A DNA stretch of 63,422 bases, filler included, from Blastocystis sp. subtype 4 (lineage: Eukaryota): the NCBI RefSeq assembly GCF_000743755.1. It is 7 parts of 7 records of this genome, joined end to end, with 100 filler letters (N's around TTAATTAATTAA, not from the genome) between each part and the next. Parts side by side here need not be neighbours in the genome. Positions count along the whole stretch, not along the records: positions 36,462 to 45,391 come from NW_014569186.1; positions 45,492 to 54,416 come from NW_014569185.1; 5 more parts are not named here. One strand, written 5' to 3'. Below are positions 41,012 to 53,357 of the stretch, piece by piece; the stretch's first letter is position 1, and the number at the start of each line of letters is the position of its first letter. The notes below the pieces were generated by a model, which was not told where the DNA came from, made no database searches, and saw only the letters and a list, made by a program, of their open reading frames with translations. The translations under genes were made by a program, and so were the position numbers.

Positions 41012-41476
41012 ATGGAAGAGGGTACAAGACCACAGATCCAGGTATATTTCGTGAGTAATACAGTCTAATGGAATAGAAACTGCAAAAGGAAGACATTGAG
41101 AGTGCCTTTTCGTTAGTACTTGATAACTCGTTATCAACTGCTGGAGTTACACTGGCAGGTTTGTTACAACAGTATTGATCTAATAGGATAGAGTTAACGA
41201 TGGAGTACAAACACTTGGATGAAATGACAAAACTAATGATTCTCAAGTTGCGAGATATTCATCAGCAATTGACAACAGAAGGAAAAGAATGGTTTGGAAA
41301 GAGAGAAGAGATTTGTTTGTGTTTTGTGTTTTTATGATTTGGTAGTGGACAGTTTGCACCCATTCTTTGCGGATGTAGAATCATTACGAGATAATTCAGA
41401 GTCATTGTTGAAAATGCTGAAGAAAGTCGATGCATACACAAAAAGCCTTGAGACCAGAGCAAATCAATTGTTCTAA
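41012..41476 (+). CDS. BLOC-1 subunit 2 (BLOS2)-like
   Basis: EYKHLDEMTK...LHPFFADVESL...KKVDAYTKSLETR. Confidence 0.6.
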
Positions 41477-41657
41477 TTGCTATAGAATCCGTTGTGCGCT
41501 ATTATGGCTTGTTTGTTGGAATGAAATCTCTCTATGTTTCTTTGCAGGAGAGTAGAATTGGACGCGTGACCCTCTCTCTGGTTTGTGATGTCCTCACCCT
41601 GTCAAAGCATTGGGATCCCACATCCTTACTCATAGAAAGAGAATAGAGAGTCCAAAA

Positions 41658-43501
41658 ATGAGTGGAAAGGTTTGCTTGTTGATGCTGGAGGGAATCGGGG
41701 TAAGTGACGATGAGACTCGCAATGCTGTTCGTTTGGGAAAGATGGAGTTCTTAGAATCTCTGAAGACAGAGGAGAAGACTCTCTATTATGAATTGGAAGC
41801 AAATGGAGAAAAGGTAGGAAGTGGGTGTTGTTGTGAACGGCAAAGGTTGGAGTTCCCGATGGCGTTCCTGGAAACAATGGAATTGGTGTTCTTGTAATTG
41901 GAACTGGAAAACGTCAATATCGTAACATTCTACGTATTTCGCAGATGATCGCTGATGGATCTCTCCAGAAGAATGAAGTTTTGTGTAAAGTCCTTCAGGA
42001 TACAAAGGAGGGAAATGGGAGACTCCACTTGATTGGATGTCTGACGAATTCCCAAGAAGAAGCGTTTGTTCTTTTGGGATGAATCATGGATAGGGAGATG
42101 GGTCACTTGTATGCTCTAATGGATTATGCGAAAGAAGCAGGAGTAGAGCATTGTTTCGTTCACGGTATTTTGGATGGAGAAGATGCTCCAACTGGAGTGT
42201 ATGCATAGAAACATAATATAAGGACTAGAGGATTGGATATGGCCAAAGAATTGGAAGATCGTATCGAAGAGAAGGAGTATGGTCGTATTGGTTCAATAGC
42301 AGGTCGATCAGGTATTTTAGACATTAAGGATTCTCTGGCTACATTGGAAAAATACTTCAAAACTCTTGCTTTTGGTGAGAATCTGGTGACATTAGCAGCC
42401 TCTGAATATATTCAGATTCGTTATGACATATCCAATATTTCTTAATTGAAGCTTCGCTTAACTTCCAGCAATTAGAAGAAGATAGCATGGTCCAACCTGC
42501 TAGTCTGGATGAAGATGCTGTTCTTCGTGATGGTGATGTGATGATCAGTATGATGGTTGATTGGTAGCATGTCTTGTTCTTCAATGTGCGTACTGGAGAT
42601 ACGGCAGTTCTCATGCATACTCTTCTCTTCTGTGATACATCAATCCCATCTACAGAAGAATCTAAGAAGATGATGGAATCACTTCCTTTTATGGTATTCC
42701 AGAAATCTAGATGATTACAGATAGGCGACTGTTGCCAAACCTAATATCTCTGTTGCCTCTCTGGTTCAATATGATGACTCTTCCGATTGTCCTATTATGG
42801 TTCCTCCACTGCCTATTCAGAAGACATTTGTACGTGTTCTAGGTGAAGCAGGCAAGAAGTGAGGATTTAGTGATTATTGATAATCATAGACAGTTGCGCA
42901 TGTCGGAAGAGAGTCGTTTCACACACATCCGTTTCCTGCTGAATGGAGCAGGAGATGTCTCTGTACCTGGAGATGATGCTGTGATGGTGCATGATAAGAG
43001 TGGTGAACACACACGTGAGACAATTGTTGGTTCAATGGATGTGAGAAAGTCTGATAAGAATGATAACTAGGCAATTGCAAATATGATCAGTAATGCATTA
43101 CAGACTGGTTATTATGATGTTATCACCACCATGTTATCTGCTGCTGGAATTGCTGCAAGTAGTAAGAGTGTGGAGTTAACAGCTGATATGTGTGGACAAG
43201 TTGATCGTGTTGTAAAGCGTATTGCTGAGGAAGCTGAGAAGGACGGTTATTCAGTTGTTATTGTGGGAACCCATTCGGAAGCTACTCATGTTCCTGAAAA
43301 GGATGATGAACGAGGTCCTTGTAATAATGTTCCTTGTTTTATTCGTCCTTGTGAGGGAGTTACCTTTGAAAAGCAAGAATGTAAGGTTGATGGAAAGATG
43401 AGAGCGTAGTGCCATTTTATTCATTGGAGAATGTTGCAGCAACATGTCTGAAGATTGTAGGGGTTGAGCCATGTGAACAAATGGAGCCTGCTTTGGTTTA
43501 G
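41658..43501 (+). CDS. Cofactor-independent phosphoglycerate mutase (iPGM)-like protein with degenerate active site
   Basis: VCLLMLEGIG, NAVRLGK, LEANGEKVGVPDG, RLHLIG, FVHGILDGED, GRIGSIAGR, SLENVAATCL. Confidence 0.8.
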
Positions 43502-43525
43502 AATCGATTTGTTGTAACAATCACT

Positions 43526-44228
43526 TCATTCCATTTCCTTTAAACATTCTTCTAGCGCCTTCTTCATTACCTCTGTATCCGAATCCTTGTGAGTACACAG
43601 AATCACTCTCTCAAAAGGGTAATCGTGCTCTTTCAGTATTTGAACAATGGTTCGCACTTCCACTTTACTTGCATCTTCAATAGGATAACGGTGAGCTCGG
43701 GTGGCTAAGCAAGGAAAGGCAATAGAATGAATATCCTTTGACATGCAGAGATTCATTACAGCCGTGTAACAGTCCTTGAGTAACCGTTCTTCTTCTTCTG
43801 TGGGACGATAATGCTTGTAGGAGACACTATCCATTAATTCAGGGATCTACTAATACTTTGGCGATGCAGCATGAATCACATAGTCACATGGAAGGGCAAA
43901 GCCGCTTCCTATTACAGCTGAACCTACAGAACATTTCTTCAATCGCGAATAATCATTCACAATACCATGTCCTCCGTATTTGTTAATCACATTCGTCACA
44001 CCCTCTAGACATCAAACATCCTGTTTTCCTCCACTTGGTTTTGAAAAGTCACTATTTACATCATTGACAATACATTGAACTTTCAAACTCGTTATATCTC
44101 CTTGCCACAGACTCAATACACTAGCAAGTTTACTAGTACCGAATGCAGGAATGTCGGCAAGCTACATATAACACATTAGAAATTTCATTTACGTTTACAA
44201 GTGTCCGGGTAGCAGCTTTGGTTGCCAT
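43526..44228 (-). CDS. Macro-domain protein (divergent; lacks the GGG loop, GDAP2-like)
   Basis: LWQGDITSLKVQCIVN; LPCDYVIHAASP; SIAFPCLAT. Confidence 0.8.
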
Positions 44229-44389
44229 ATGTTCCACACCTAAACTGACTTTCTAAACAAGAGTTAGATCTCTCTATTACAGAACAGATAGACTTACTGA
44301 TCGATTAACTCGATATATGATGAAAACAGGACGAATACTCGCTTCCACGGGGATTTCGATATAGTGACTCATTAATCATATGCACATAA

Positions 44390-44963
44390 ATGGCATCTCT
44401 TTATCAAGTACCCGAACGACCAACTCCTAAATACTACAAATCTTACTTTTCTAGTTTTCATGATCAGTTGGAAGCATTGAAGGATTCAACAACAGTATAT
44501 GTGGGTAATTTAGCATTTACAACTCCCGAAGATCGTGTTTATGATATGTTTAGTCGTTGTGGAAGTGTTCAAAAGGTGATTATGGGAGTGAACCGCTTAG
44601 ATTTGACTCAATGTGGATTCTGCTTTGTTATGTGAGGATTTCTGTCTCAACAAATCATTTTGTAGATTTGATACTCATGAAGCGGCCCAATTATCTGTTG
44701 ATTATCTCAGTGGCTTGAAATTAGATGGACAAACAATTCGAGTGGAAATGGATTGGGGTTATAGTGATGGTCGTCAGTATGGGCGAGCAAGCAATGGAGG
44801 TCAGATGAGACATTATATTAACGATATTAAGAACAGTGGAAAGAATTATAGCATTCGGTACTCCAATCATAATGACCGTCGGGGTTATCATGATAATCGT
44901 GACTATTATCGCAAACGAGACCGAGAGGGAGCGGATCGAGAGGATAAACGAAGAAGATACTAG
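44390..44963 (+). CDS. NCBP2: Nuclear cap-binding protein subunit 2 (CBP20)
   Basis: STTVYVGNLAFTTPE...VIMGVNR...CGFCFV; IRVEMDWGYSDGRQYGRASNGGQMR. Confidence 0.93.
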
Positions 44964-45160
44964 AAATGTTTGTTTTGGATAAGACGATGATATTCATTGT
45001 TTTGTTGAATTGGTAGAGTATTATCTACAAGAATCGATAGCAATAGGATTTTGAATTGAAATGTCCTAAAGATATAATTAGTAATCTGATTCAATAGGGA
45101 TCTTTTGAATCAGGGTCTTTTCTTATTCCATTCAGACTTTCCACACATCAACAACACTCT

Positions 45161-45391
45161 ATGGGTCGTGTGATTCGAGGTGAGTATTTGTAGAATCAAA
45201 TGAGTTCAAAGTTGAGTTGATAGAATGAGTTTTGTGTAAAGGAGGTACTAACGAGTCGTGTAGGTCAGCGTAAAGGAGCAAAGGGAGCAGTATTCCAAGC
45301 TCATACTCATCTTCGTAAGGGAGTTCCTCAATTCCGTGCTCTTGACTATTCGGAGCGTGAGGGTTACATCAAGGGAGTGGTTCGTGAGATT
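45161..45391 (+). CDS. RPL8: 60S ribosomal protein L8 (uL2), 5' part; 84-nt intron 45180-45263
   Basis: [26 protein letters not shown]...[17 protein letters not shown]. Confidence 0.93.
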
Positions 45392-45491
45392 NNNNNNNNN
45401 NNNNNNNNNNNNNNNNNNNNNNNNNNNNNNNNNNNTTAATTAATTAANNNNNNNNNNNNNNNNNNNNNNNNNNNNNNNNNNNNNNNNNNNN
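45392..45491. other. Artificial contig linker
   Basis: N-TTAATTAATTAA-N. Confidence 0.98.
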
Positions 45492-46115
45492 ATTGATATG
45501 TACTTCTATTCTGATTACAAGATTGTGAGATATGTTGATGCTACTCTTGCTATTCCTCTCATTTCTCTTTCTGAATTCACTCGTCCTTCTAGAGTTGTAT
45601 TTGGAGATGGTACTTTCCAGATGGAAGGATTGAACACTGTGATTCAGTGGATGGTTGATAATCGTGATAAGGGATACTTCAAGAACCTTGAATTCTTCCA
45701 AGTGACTGGTCACAAGGCTGCTGCTCATGAGACTACAACAGATGTTAATGCTACAATTGCAAACATTGTTGCTAATCTTCATACAATGTGTACTGATAAG
45801 GAGAATTTCCCTAAGCTGACTCAGATGAACTTCAACAGTAATACTTACAACGAGTTCAATGATGGATTCGATGCTGCCTTGAGAGGTGCTTGTGATCGAA
45901 CTGAGACTGGAGTGAGTATTCGTGCTATGCAGGTAACTGTTACATATCCTACGATGTGTTCTACTACGAATGCTGACAACTACTGGTATTATGATATGAG
46001 TGATGAGAAGGATACTAAGCAGTGTCGTTTCACTTGGAGTTGGGAGATGGGTGATACATTGACTAGCTATGCTCCTCCTGGTCCTTATCCTAACAACGAT
46101 ACTGAACCTTGTTAA
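45492..46115 (+). CDS. 3' part of an uncharacterised, probably extracellular protein with LRR-like segments
   Basis: Uninterrupted 205-codon frame with strong codon bias; FKNLEFFQV and FPKLTQMNF repeats; paired Cys. Confidence 0.6.
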   Translation: MDMYFYSDYKIVRYVDATLAIPLISLSEFTRPSRVVFGDGTFQMEGLNTVIQWMVDNRDKGYFKNLEFFQVTGHKAAAHETTTDVNATIANIVANLHTMCTDKENFPKLTQMNFNSNTYNEFNDGFDAALRGACDRTETGVSIRAMQVTVTYPTMCSTTNADNYWYYDMSDEKDTKQCRFTWSWEMGDTLTSYAPPGPYPNNDTEPC

Positions 46116-46202
46116 TTGAATCTAGTGTGAAGATCGTAGTTTCTACGAGATCGTGATTATTTGTTTGTGTAACAAACAATTTCAATATGAGATTGATTAG
46201 TA

Positions 46203-46260
46203 TAATGTAAGTTCAACCATTAGCACCAGGTTTATTGCTAACAGCATCATATAATACATG
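46203..46260 (-). promoter_or_regulatory. Eukaryotic SECIS element (type I) in the 3' UTR of selenophosphate synthetase
   Basis: Minus strand ATGA-T-GCTGTTAGCA-(loop ATAAACCTGG)-TGCTAATGGT-TGAA: 10-bp helix, AAA loop, AUGA/GA core, lower ATGTA/TACAT pairing. Confidence 0.85.
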
Positions 46261-46321
46261 TTTTGTGAATCGTGTGTTGGATCACGACCACGCAACAACT
46301 AATACATACACATACTGATAC

Positions 46322-47530
46322 TTACCACTCCTCTACCTCGATGAGAGTGGGATTCTCGACTACCCGTCCTTTCCGTGTTCCCTCGACGACTTCTCCTACG
46401 ATCCAGGCATCATGACCACTGACTTGCTTATACTCCTCGATATACTTCGCTGCATCTTCTGGCGTCATCATAATTAGCAATCCTCCTGACGTCTCTGCCG
46501 AACGACCATAGAACAACTTCCAATTGTCATGGAGATGCCTCTCGACCTTAATCATTCCCTTAATAATTGGGAGCGTGTGAATTACCAGATCGACTTCGTT
46601 CTCTTGTTCCTTTGCCAGATTATCAGAATGACCTAACATGCCAAAACCAGTAACATCTGTGCAACCATGAGCATGATACTTCCACATCAATTTGGATGCA
46701 TCAAGATTGAGATAAGACATTGAACACATTGCCATCTTGTAACCACTCACAATCTCATCCACTGTGATGATATCTTTCACACGGTCATACTTGGCAGCTG
46801 TTCGCATCCACTCAAACATGTTCACCGCTAGCTGCGTGCCTAATGGCTTCGTCAAGACCAGTACATCACCCACCTGACCATGTACTGGACGAATGAAGTC
46901 CACATCCTCGCGACACATCGAACAAGCAACGCCACCAATCATAGGCCAAGGGTTTCGAACCGTCTGACCTCCGGTTACATTGGTCACAGCTACACGAGCT
47001 TGGTCATTGAAACCACGAATCAACTCTCGAGTCACATAATCCATGGCATTTGGCTCCATGTCGACTGATACTCCGAGAATCATCAACATTGTATCAATGT
47101 CCACCACTCCCATAGCATACATATCAGAGAGAACATTGCAAGCAGCAATCTTGCCTTGAACATAGGGATCATCAATCGAAGGATAGAAAAAGTCGGTTGT
47201 TGAGATATTGTACTACACCTCAACCGAGAATACCAACCTTACAATTCCAGGAAATTTCGTTTTCACAACAGCACAATCCAAACCAGGTGTTTCATTGTCT
47301 TTAATACTGGTTCCCACGCCTTTTAAGTATTCCAACAATTTGGCTTGGGGAACCTTACAACCTCATCCTTTAAACTACAGAAATCAAACCAAGATCAAAG
47401 CGACGTACTCTAGTGTAATTGGTGAGGTAAAAGTCCTCAGGTAAACCATGGTCTCTGGGGTCCCACAGACCATAGCTTCTTCTCTAAAATGTCAAGTCTA
47501 TCTACAGGAGCCACCTACATCAATAAACAT
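46322..47530 (-). CDS. SEPHS2: Selenophosphate synthetase, selenocysteine-containing (TGA at 47363-47365), 3 short introns
   Basis: YLTNYTRFKG-U-GCKVPQ; TTDFFYPSIDDPYVQGKIAACNVLSDMYAMG; LVLTKPLGTQ; TDVTGFGMLGH; AETSGGLL. Confidence 0.92.
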
Positions 47531-47609
47531 GAGAAGAAATGTTAAGAGAAGCGAACCACGAATGCAATACTAAAATATGCAGGAAATTGTGAATTCAAAG
47601 AAACAACCA

Positions 47610-49088
47610 ATTCAACCAAGACAACTGCAATATCCATCACATTTGTACCAGTAGGACCAGTCACAATATGCTCTCCCTCCAGATGCTTGAGGAAGTTGTA
47701 TGCATCATGACCCTTCAGGAAGTCTCTAGCCTCGAGTCCCAGCTTCTTTCCCTTCTGGTACGATTCTCCATCCACAACACCTCCAGCAGCATCACAAGGA
47801 CCATCTGTTCCATCCGTACCACCAGAGAGGAACGTGATTCCCTTCTCTCCATTCAATTCAATTGCAGCAGCCAGAGCCATCTCCTGATTGCGTCCACCCA
47901 TTCCAATCTTCCCTTCCAGTTTCACCGTGGTCTCTCCACCTACTCATCACTCTCCCTCTCTATTATTACCAGCAATGATTGCAGCAGGAGTCTTCACACT
48001 TCCCTTTCCATTCTTAATGTCACGAGCCATCTGAATCAGCTTCGAAGCCATCTCCGTCGCCTCGCCTTCCAGGCCACTGTACATCACCACGGGGTTGTAA
48101 CCCAGCTCCTTCGCTTTCTGAGCCGATACATCCAAGGACTGATCATTGTTACCCACAAGTGTGTATACACACTTCGTAAATACAGGACTGTTCTCCTTGG
48201 GAGTTTCCTTCACTGTACCATCAACACCTCCCTGAATCTGCTTCTGCACACTATTTGTCATTTAAGTTCCAAATACTCACCCTTCAGAGAGCTTATTCCA
48301 GATGCCATACTTGTCAATAATGGCTTTACAGTCTTTGAAGGAGGTGTGATCGAAATGAGTTGGGCCAGAAGCAATAGTAGAAAGATCATCACCCATCACA
48401 TCAGAAAGAATAAGTGAATAACAAGGATTAGGATAAGCTGCTTCTGCTAAATGTCCTCCCTTAATAATGGAAAGATGTTTACGAATACTGTTTATCTCGT
48501 GGATGGTAGCTCCGCATGCAAGAAGCACATTTGTAGTCTGACGGATATCATCCAGAGTCACATTAGGAGCAGGAGCGCTCAACAGAGCACTACCTCCACC
48601 ACTAATCAGAGTAATAACCACACTATCGGCAGGTTTCTTCTTCAGTGTGTCGAAGAGAGTCATCGAACCAGCAACACTATTCTTATCAGGAACAGGATGA
48701 GCGGCTTCCGTTACACCGATACGTTTCAGATGGTTACCAGCAGCATGCTTGTACTTGGTAACGACATGGCCGGAATGAATACGATCACCAAAGAAATCTT
48801 CAGCAGCCTCAGCCATTCGCACGGAGGCCTTTCCTCCTCCAACAATCACAACAGACTTCGACTGGCTACTCTTTCAGCAACTCCAAACAACTCTTACCCC
48901 ACAGGAATGCCGTCAATGGAATCTTTACTCTCTTTGAGATAGTTGTAAACAGCTGTATAGGGATCAGCACGCTTTAGACCAGCATCAAAGATTTGGAGCG
49001 CAGCGGCCTTACCGCACAGGCTCTTAGAAAAGAAGCGAGAGAATTGCGCAGAAGAAGCGGCAAGACACGTAGATACCTTTGTAAACAT
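47610..49088 (-). CDS. Glycerate 2-kinase (MOFRL family) with presequence-like N-terminus; stop probably created by poly(A)
   Basis: GGGKAS, EAAHPVPD, LISGGGSAL, RKHLSIIKGG, ILSDVMGDD...IASGPT, GGRNQE, GTDGTDG, TGPTGTNVMD. Confidence 0.9.
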
Positions 49089-49520
49089 GATAAAATGACG
49101 AAATGAGATCAGTTTCCACCTTTCCACCTTCAATTGTTTTCTATTTCGTTGATGAATAGGATTGTATGGACCAATAAAAGGCAACTGAGAGAGTTTTATC
49201 ACTTTACGATGATCATGAGACTTGATCTCGTTTATTGTTTCCGTTCACAATCTCACTTGAATCCAATGTAATACTAGATTTGATATACCAATTCATATTA
49301 CAATCTTTTCATCAATTGTTCGCTTCTTTGTTTTTGTATTTTGGACTTGTTTTACTAGTGAGGTAGGTATCAATTTAAATCACAATACTTCATTCAAGGT
49401 ATGATCCTCATTGCGCTTCTTTTCTGATTTGGATTATTATCTTTTTATAGTCATCAGTAGTTGATTCTAACTCTCTATAGATTCTATTATTCTTCCTAAT
49501 TCGTGTTCTTTCTAGCAACT

Positions 49521-52500
49521 ATGAATAGCTCATCAAGTATGCTAATTCTAGACAAGTCATTCTTATTCTTAGATAGGCATTCTTCAGAAAGACCTGTGAA
49601 TTACCCTTCATCCTCACCTTCGCACCCGCGAAGGGCAATCAATGAATTTTTCATGCCTCGGCCAGTAGGAAACCCATTACCTCGTCCTTCTCCTATGCCC
49701 CCTCCAGTTGCATGTATACCTAATCCTATACCGGTTCAGCCTTTTGTATTTACTCCGGCTATATCGCTCCATATCCCTATTTCGAGTATTCGTTCTGTTG
49801 ATGCGATGCTCTCTCCTCTTATGCGTCATTCTAATGATATTTTTGAGCTTTTGGAGAATGACATTGATGATATTGAGAAGAAACCAGTGGAGGAGAAGCT
49901 AATTGCTGATGAAGAGCCAACCATTGAAAAGGAAGTTGAAATGAAGTCGATTGTGGAGGAACGAGTTGACGTAAAACAGGCTGTTGAAGAGCTGAATACA
50001 AAGAATAGAGAAGATGAGAGACAACTTGACGAGGACAAGAAAAAGGAGGAAGAGCAACAAGAGATGAGGCAAGTTCCCATGACAGACCCACCTCTAAAGG
50101 AAGATGAAGTACAACGGATCGAAGAAAAATCCAAAGTGATCGAGATGGGAGCAGAAATAGAGAAGCAGAAGAACATGGAAACAGAACAGCAGGAAAACAT
50201 CGAATCCTCTCTCACTGAAGAGGAAGAAGAACAGTCACATACTGATGAGAAACAGGCCTCGGAACCACCTCTCATTCCTTTAACCAACTGTGAACCCCTT
50301 CCTGAGGCAGAGAGCATGAATGAAGATACTGACAGCTCTCTCTTTGAAGCGGAAGAAGTTCCTTCTCCTCCCTATCATCCACCTGCTTCTCTTAATATTG
50401 ACGAGGAGGTCCTTCTCACAGCTCAAGCCACTGGTCATGTCAAAGGACCCTCAGGTCTCCCTCTTTTTAATCTGGACCGTGTCTCTGATCAACCAGTTCA
50501 TGTCTCTTCCGAGTCGGAGAGTGATTCCAGTCCACATTCATCCCAAGCACATCATGTCGATAACTCCATTATCATCTCACAATTAAGTCAAATGGATGAG
50601 AGTTCGGATCTTAGTGAAGTTGAAGTTTGTCGTGAAGGAGAACGTGAAGTAAAATCAGCGGCAGTTTCATCCTTCTTATCTCTCTTACAGAAAAATAAGG
50701 AGATTGTTTCGAACGTCCAAGCAAAGGCTAAAGAAGCCACAATAGACCTTCAACCAATGCAATATCGAAGAGAGAAACAATCCAAACAAATGAAGAATCC
50801 GAAAGCTTTTCTTGTTGACTATATCTGTCATCATCCAGTTCAATCCACATATTCATTTCAAAATAGTCAGCATATCGAAATTCATTCAACTTATGTAGAG
50901 TATTCCCTTGAATGATCATTCATCTATAGTCTTAATGCTTATATTGATGCTATGATGTTCTGTATATTAGAAGAACTATCATACTCTGTTATCAGTGATA
51001 CGCATACTCTCTTTGAAATTTATAATCCTTCTATTCTTCATGATGCTGGAAGGGTTGATGAAGTACTCAAGAACAAACATAGTCATAATCATATTCAAGG
51101 ACGCATTACGGCTATTGGTGAAAAAGGTGGAGACTATATTCATGTTATGATTGATCATCCTGTTGGTACTCCTTATAAGTGGAATGAATCAATTGTTCTA
51201 CTATCAATCACAGATCTTCGTAATGTTTCAAAGACTTCATGGTTTGCTTATGGAGTGTGCAATTGTTCACTGATGAATAGCGAAGCTGGTGAAGTTTATG
51301 ATGCTAATCGAGATTGCTGGATTGTTAATATGCATTGTAATCGAAGTGCACGCAAGGCTTGTAAGCTAGGATCCAATATTCATTTGTATTCATTAACTCC
51401 TTTTACTTCATTTTTACGGTTGTTTAGTGATTATTATGATTATCATTAGAGAATTCACTACACTAACTTTTATTCGTCAGCAACATCGATTGGATAGTTG
51501 GGGAGTTACATTAGTACAGAAATATCATGATACTCAAGCCAAACTCAATATTACTAATCATTCGCATATTCCACAAGTTCTATCTCTTTTAAGATTTCAT
51601 TAATTAGTCCTTATTTCTTGCGCTATCACGTCAGTTGAACTCTTATCAAATGCATGTTGTTACAGCTCTAACACGACCAGGGTTATCTGGTACTGTCCTA
51701 ATTGAAGGACCTCCAGGTACAGGAAAGACTACTACTATCATATCCATGGTTCAGACACTCTTATCAACAAATGGAGTAAGAGATGATTGAATGATTGAAC
51801 CTTAGTATGTTCGTGTGCTCATAACTGCTCCTTCAAATGCAGCTGTGGATACATTGTTGGAGAAACTTATTCTTGTCCTTCCCTCTTCACATGATCACCC
51901 AACAGTGATTCGTTTAGGTCGAGTGGGTGGAGATACACATGATAAAGAACGAGCTGATCGACAGTACTTACAAGGATATGAACTCGATAGTATGGTTGAT
52001 CATCGAATTGAGACATATCGAGCAACTCATACTACGACTGAGAGTGATGGATATCTGAGGAAACATTTCGAGCAAGAGATCTTGATGAAGGCTCGTGTTG
52101 TAAGGATAGTGATAACATAATAAGCAGATCGTATCTACCTTGGTGACGTCAGCAAATACTCAGGTAACATCCTTTTTGAATCAAGGTACACAAGTTCCTG
52201 TTGTTATCGTGGATGAGGCCACACAATGCACTGAACCTCAATGTCTTATTCCTCTTGTGGTTAAGCCATCATTACTTGTTTTGGTAGGAGATAGTCATCA
52301 GTTAGCAGCAACTATTCAGAATCCAGTAATTGATCGAATGGGATATGGTATATCACTATTTGAGCGTCTCGAACACAACGGTTTTCCCAAGCTTTCTCTT
52401 CATGTTCAATATCGAATGAGTCCTGGTATCTGTCTGTGGCCAAATAATTATGTGTATGGAGGAATGCTGATTAACAGCAAACGGGTTTTACTTCCTTATT

Positions 52501-53357
52501 TCCGCTTCCTGTTCTCAGATAGCAATATTCCTCCATATGCTTTTATTCAAGTTGAAGTAAGAGTAGAGAGGTGAATGAAGGATAGGGAGAGTGTGAAAAG
52601 CAACGTAACAGTTATCTAAATGAAAAGGAAGCGTTGACTATTGGATCAATTATCAATCATCTCTTCACTTCGCTTCCTCCATCTAAAGCTGACTATTCGA
52701 TTGGTGTGATTGCTCCGTATGTGGCTCAAGTTCACAGAATCCGCAAGGAAGTTGATGAAGTGATTCGGAAGCAGAAGTTCGATGCAGAGAAGAAGTTCAT
52801 TAAAATCAGTTCGGTCGATTCATTCCAGGGAGGCGAATCGGATATCATCATTCTCTCATGTGTTCGATCCAATGTAAGGGGATCCCAACATTTACAGAGT
52901 CTGGGTTTTCTGTCCAATTTGCGAAGACTTAACGTTGCTTTAACGCGAGCTAAGCAGGCATTATGGGTTGTTGGAAATCCAGATTATCTGAAGATTAATA
53001 GACATTGGGAGTAACCAATGCAATAGAGATATGATTGATAGGAATTTGATAGCTGATGCAAAGCAACGGAATGCGATTATTCCTGAACATGAGTTTGTTG
53101 GTCTCTTTAGCTCCATCATTTCACTCAATCAAGTACGGATCACTGAAGCCCAATTACGTGAGTTCCAGGATGATGGTGATTATTCTGCTGAGATGAAGAG
53201 AATTGGTAGATGTGGATGAGTATGTTGAGATTTAGAGCAATTGGAAAAGGAACAAAGTGAGAAGGAAAGGAAAAAGCGTAAGGGCGAATCCAAGGAAGAA
53301 CATGATTCCAAACGAAAACGAAAGGATTCAACATCACAATCTTTCGGTCATTCTTAG
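49521..53357 (+). CDS. SF1 helicase, SEN1/UPF1-like, with long acidic low-complexity N-terminal region
   Basis: LIEGPPGTGKT, TAPSNAAVD, IVDEATQ, LVGDSHQL, QYRM, SVDSFQGGE, RRLNVALTRAK. Confidence 0.85.

Noticed and set aside
46299..46325. Possible 27-nt intron (GTAAGT...TTAG) removing the SPS stop codon
   Set aside because: Splicing would extend the frame into the SECIS core, and the protein already ends where SPS homologs end; not excluded without RNA-seq
47668..48942. Long plus-strand ORFs (249 and 163 aa)
   Set aside because: Antisense shadows of glycerate kinase with no recognisable motifs
49826..50317. Ser-rich minus-strand ORF (likewise 61385-61663)
   Set aside because: Reverse complement of Glu-rich coding sequence
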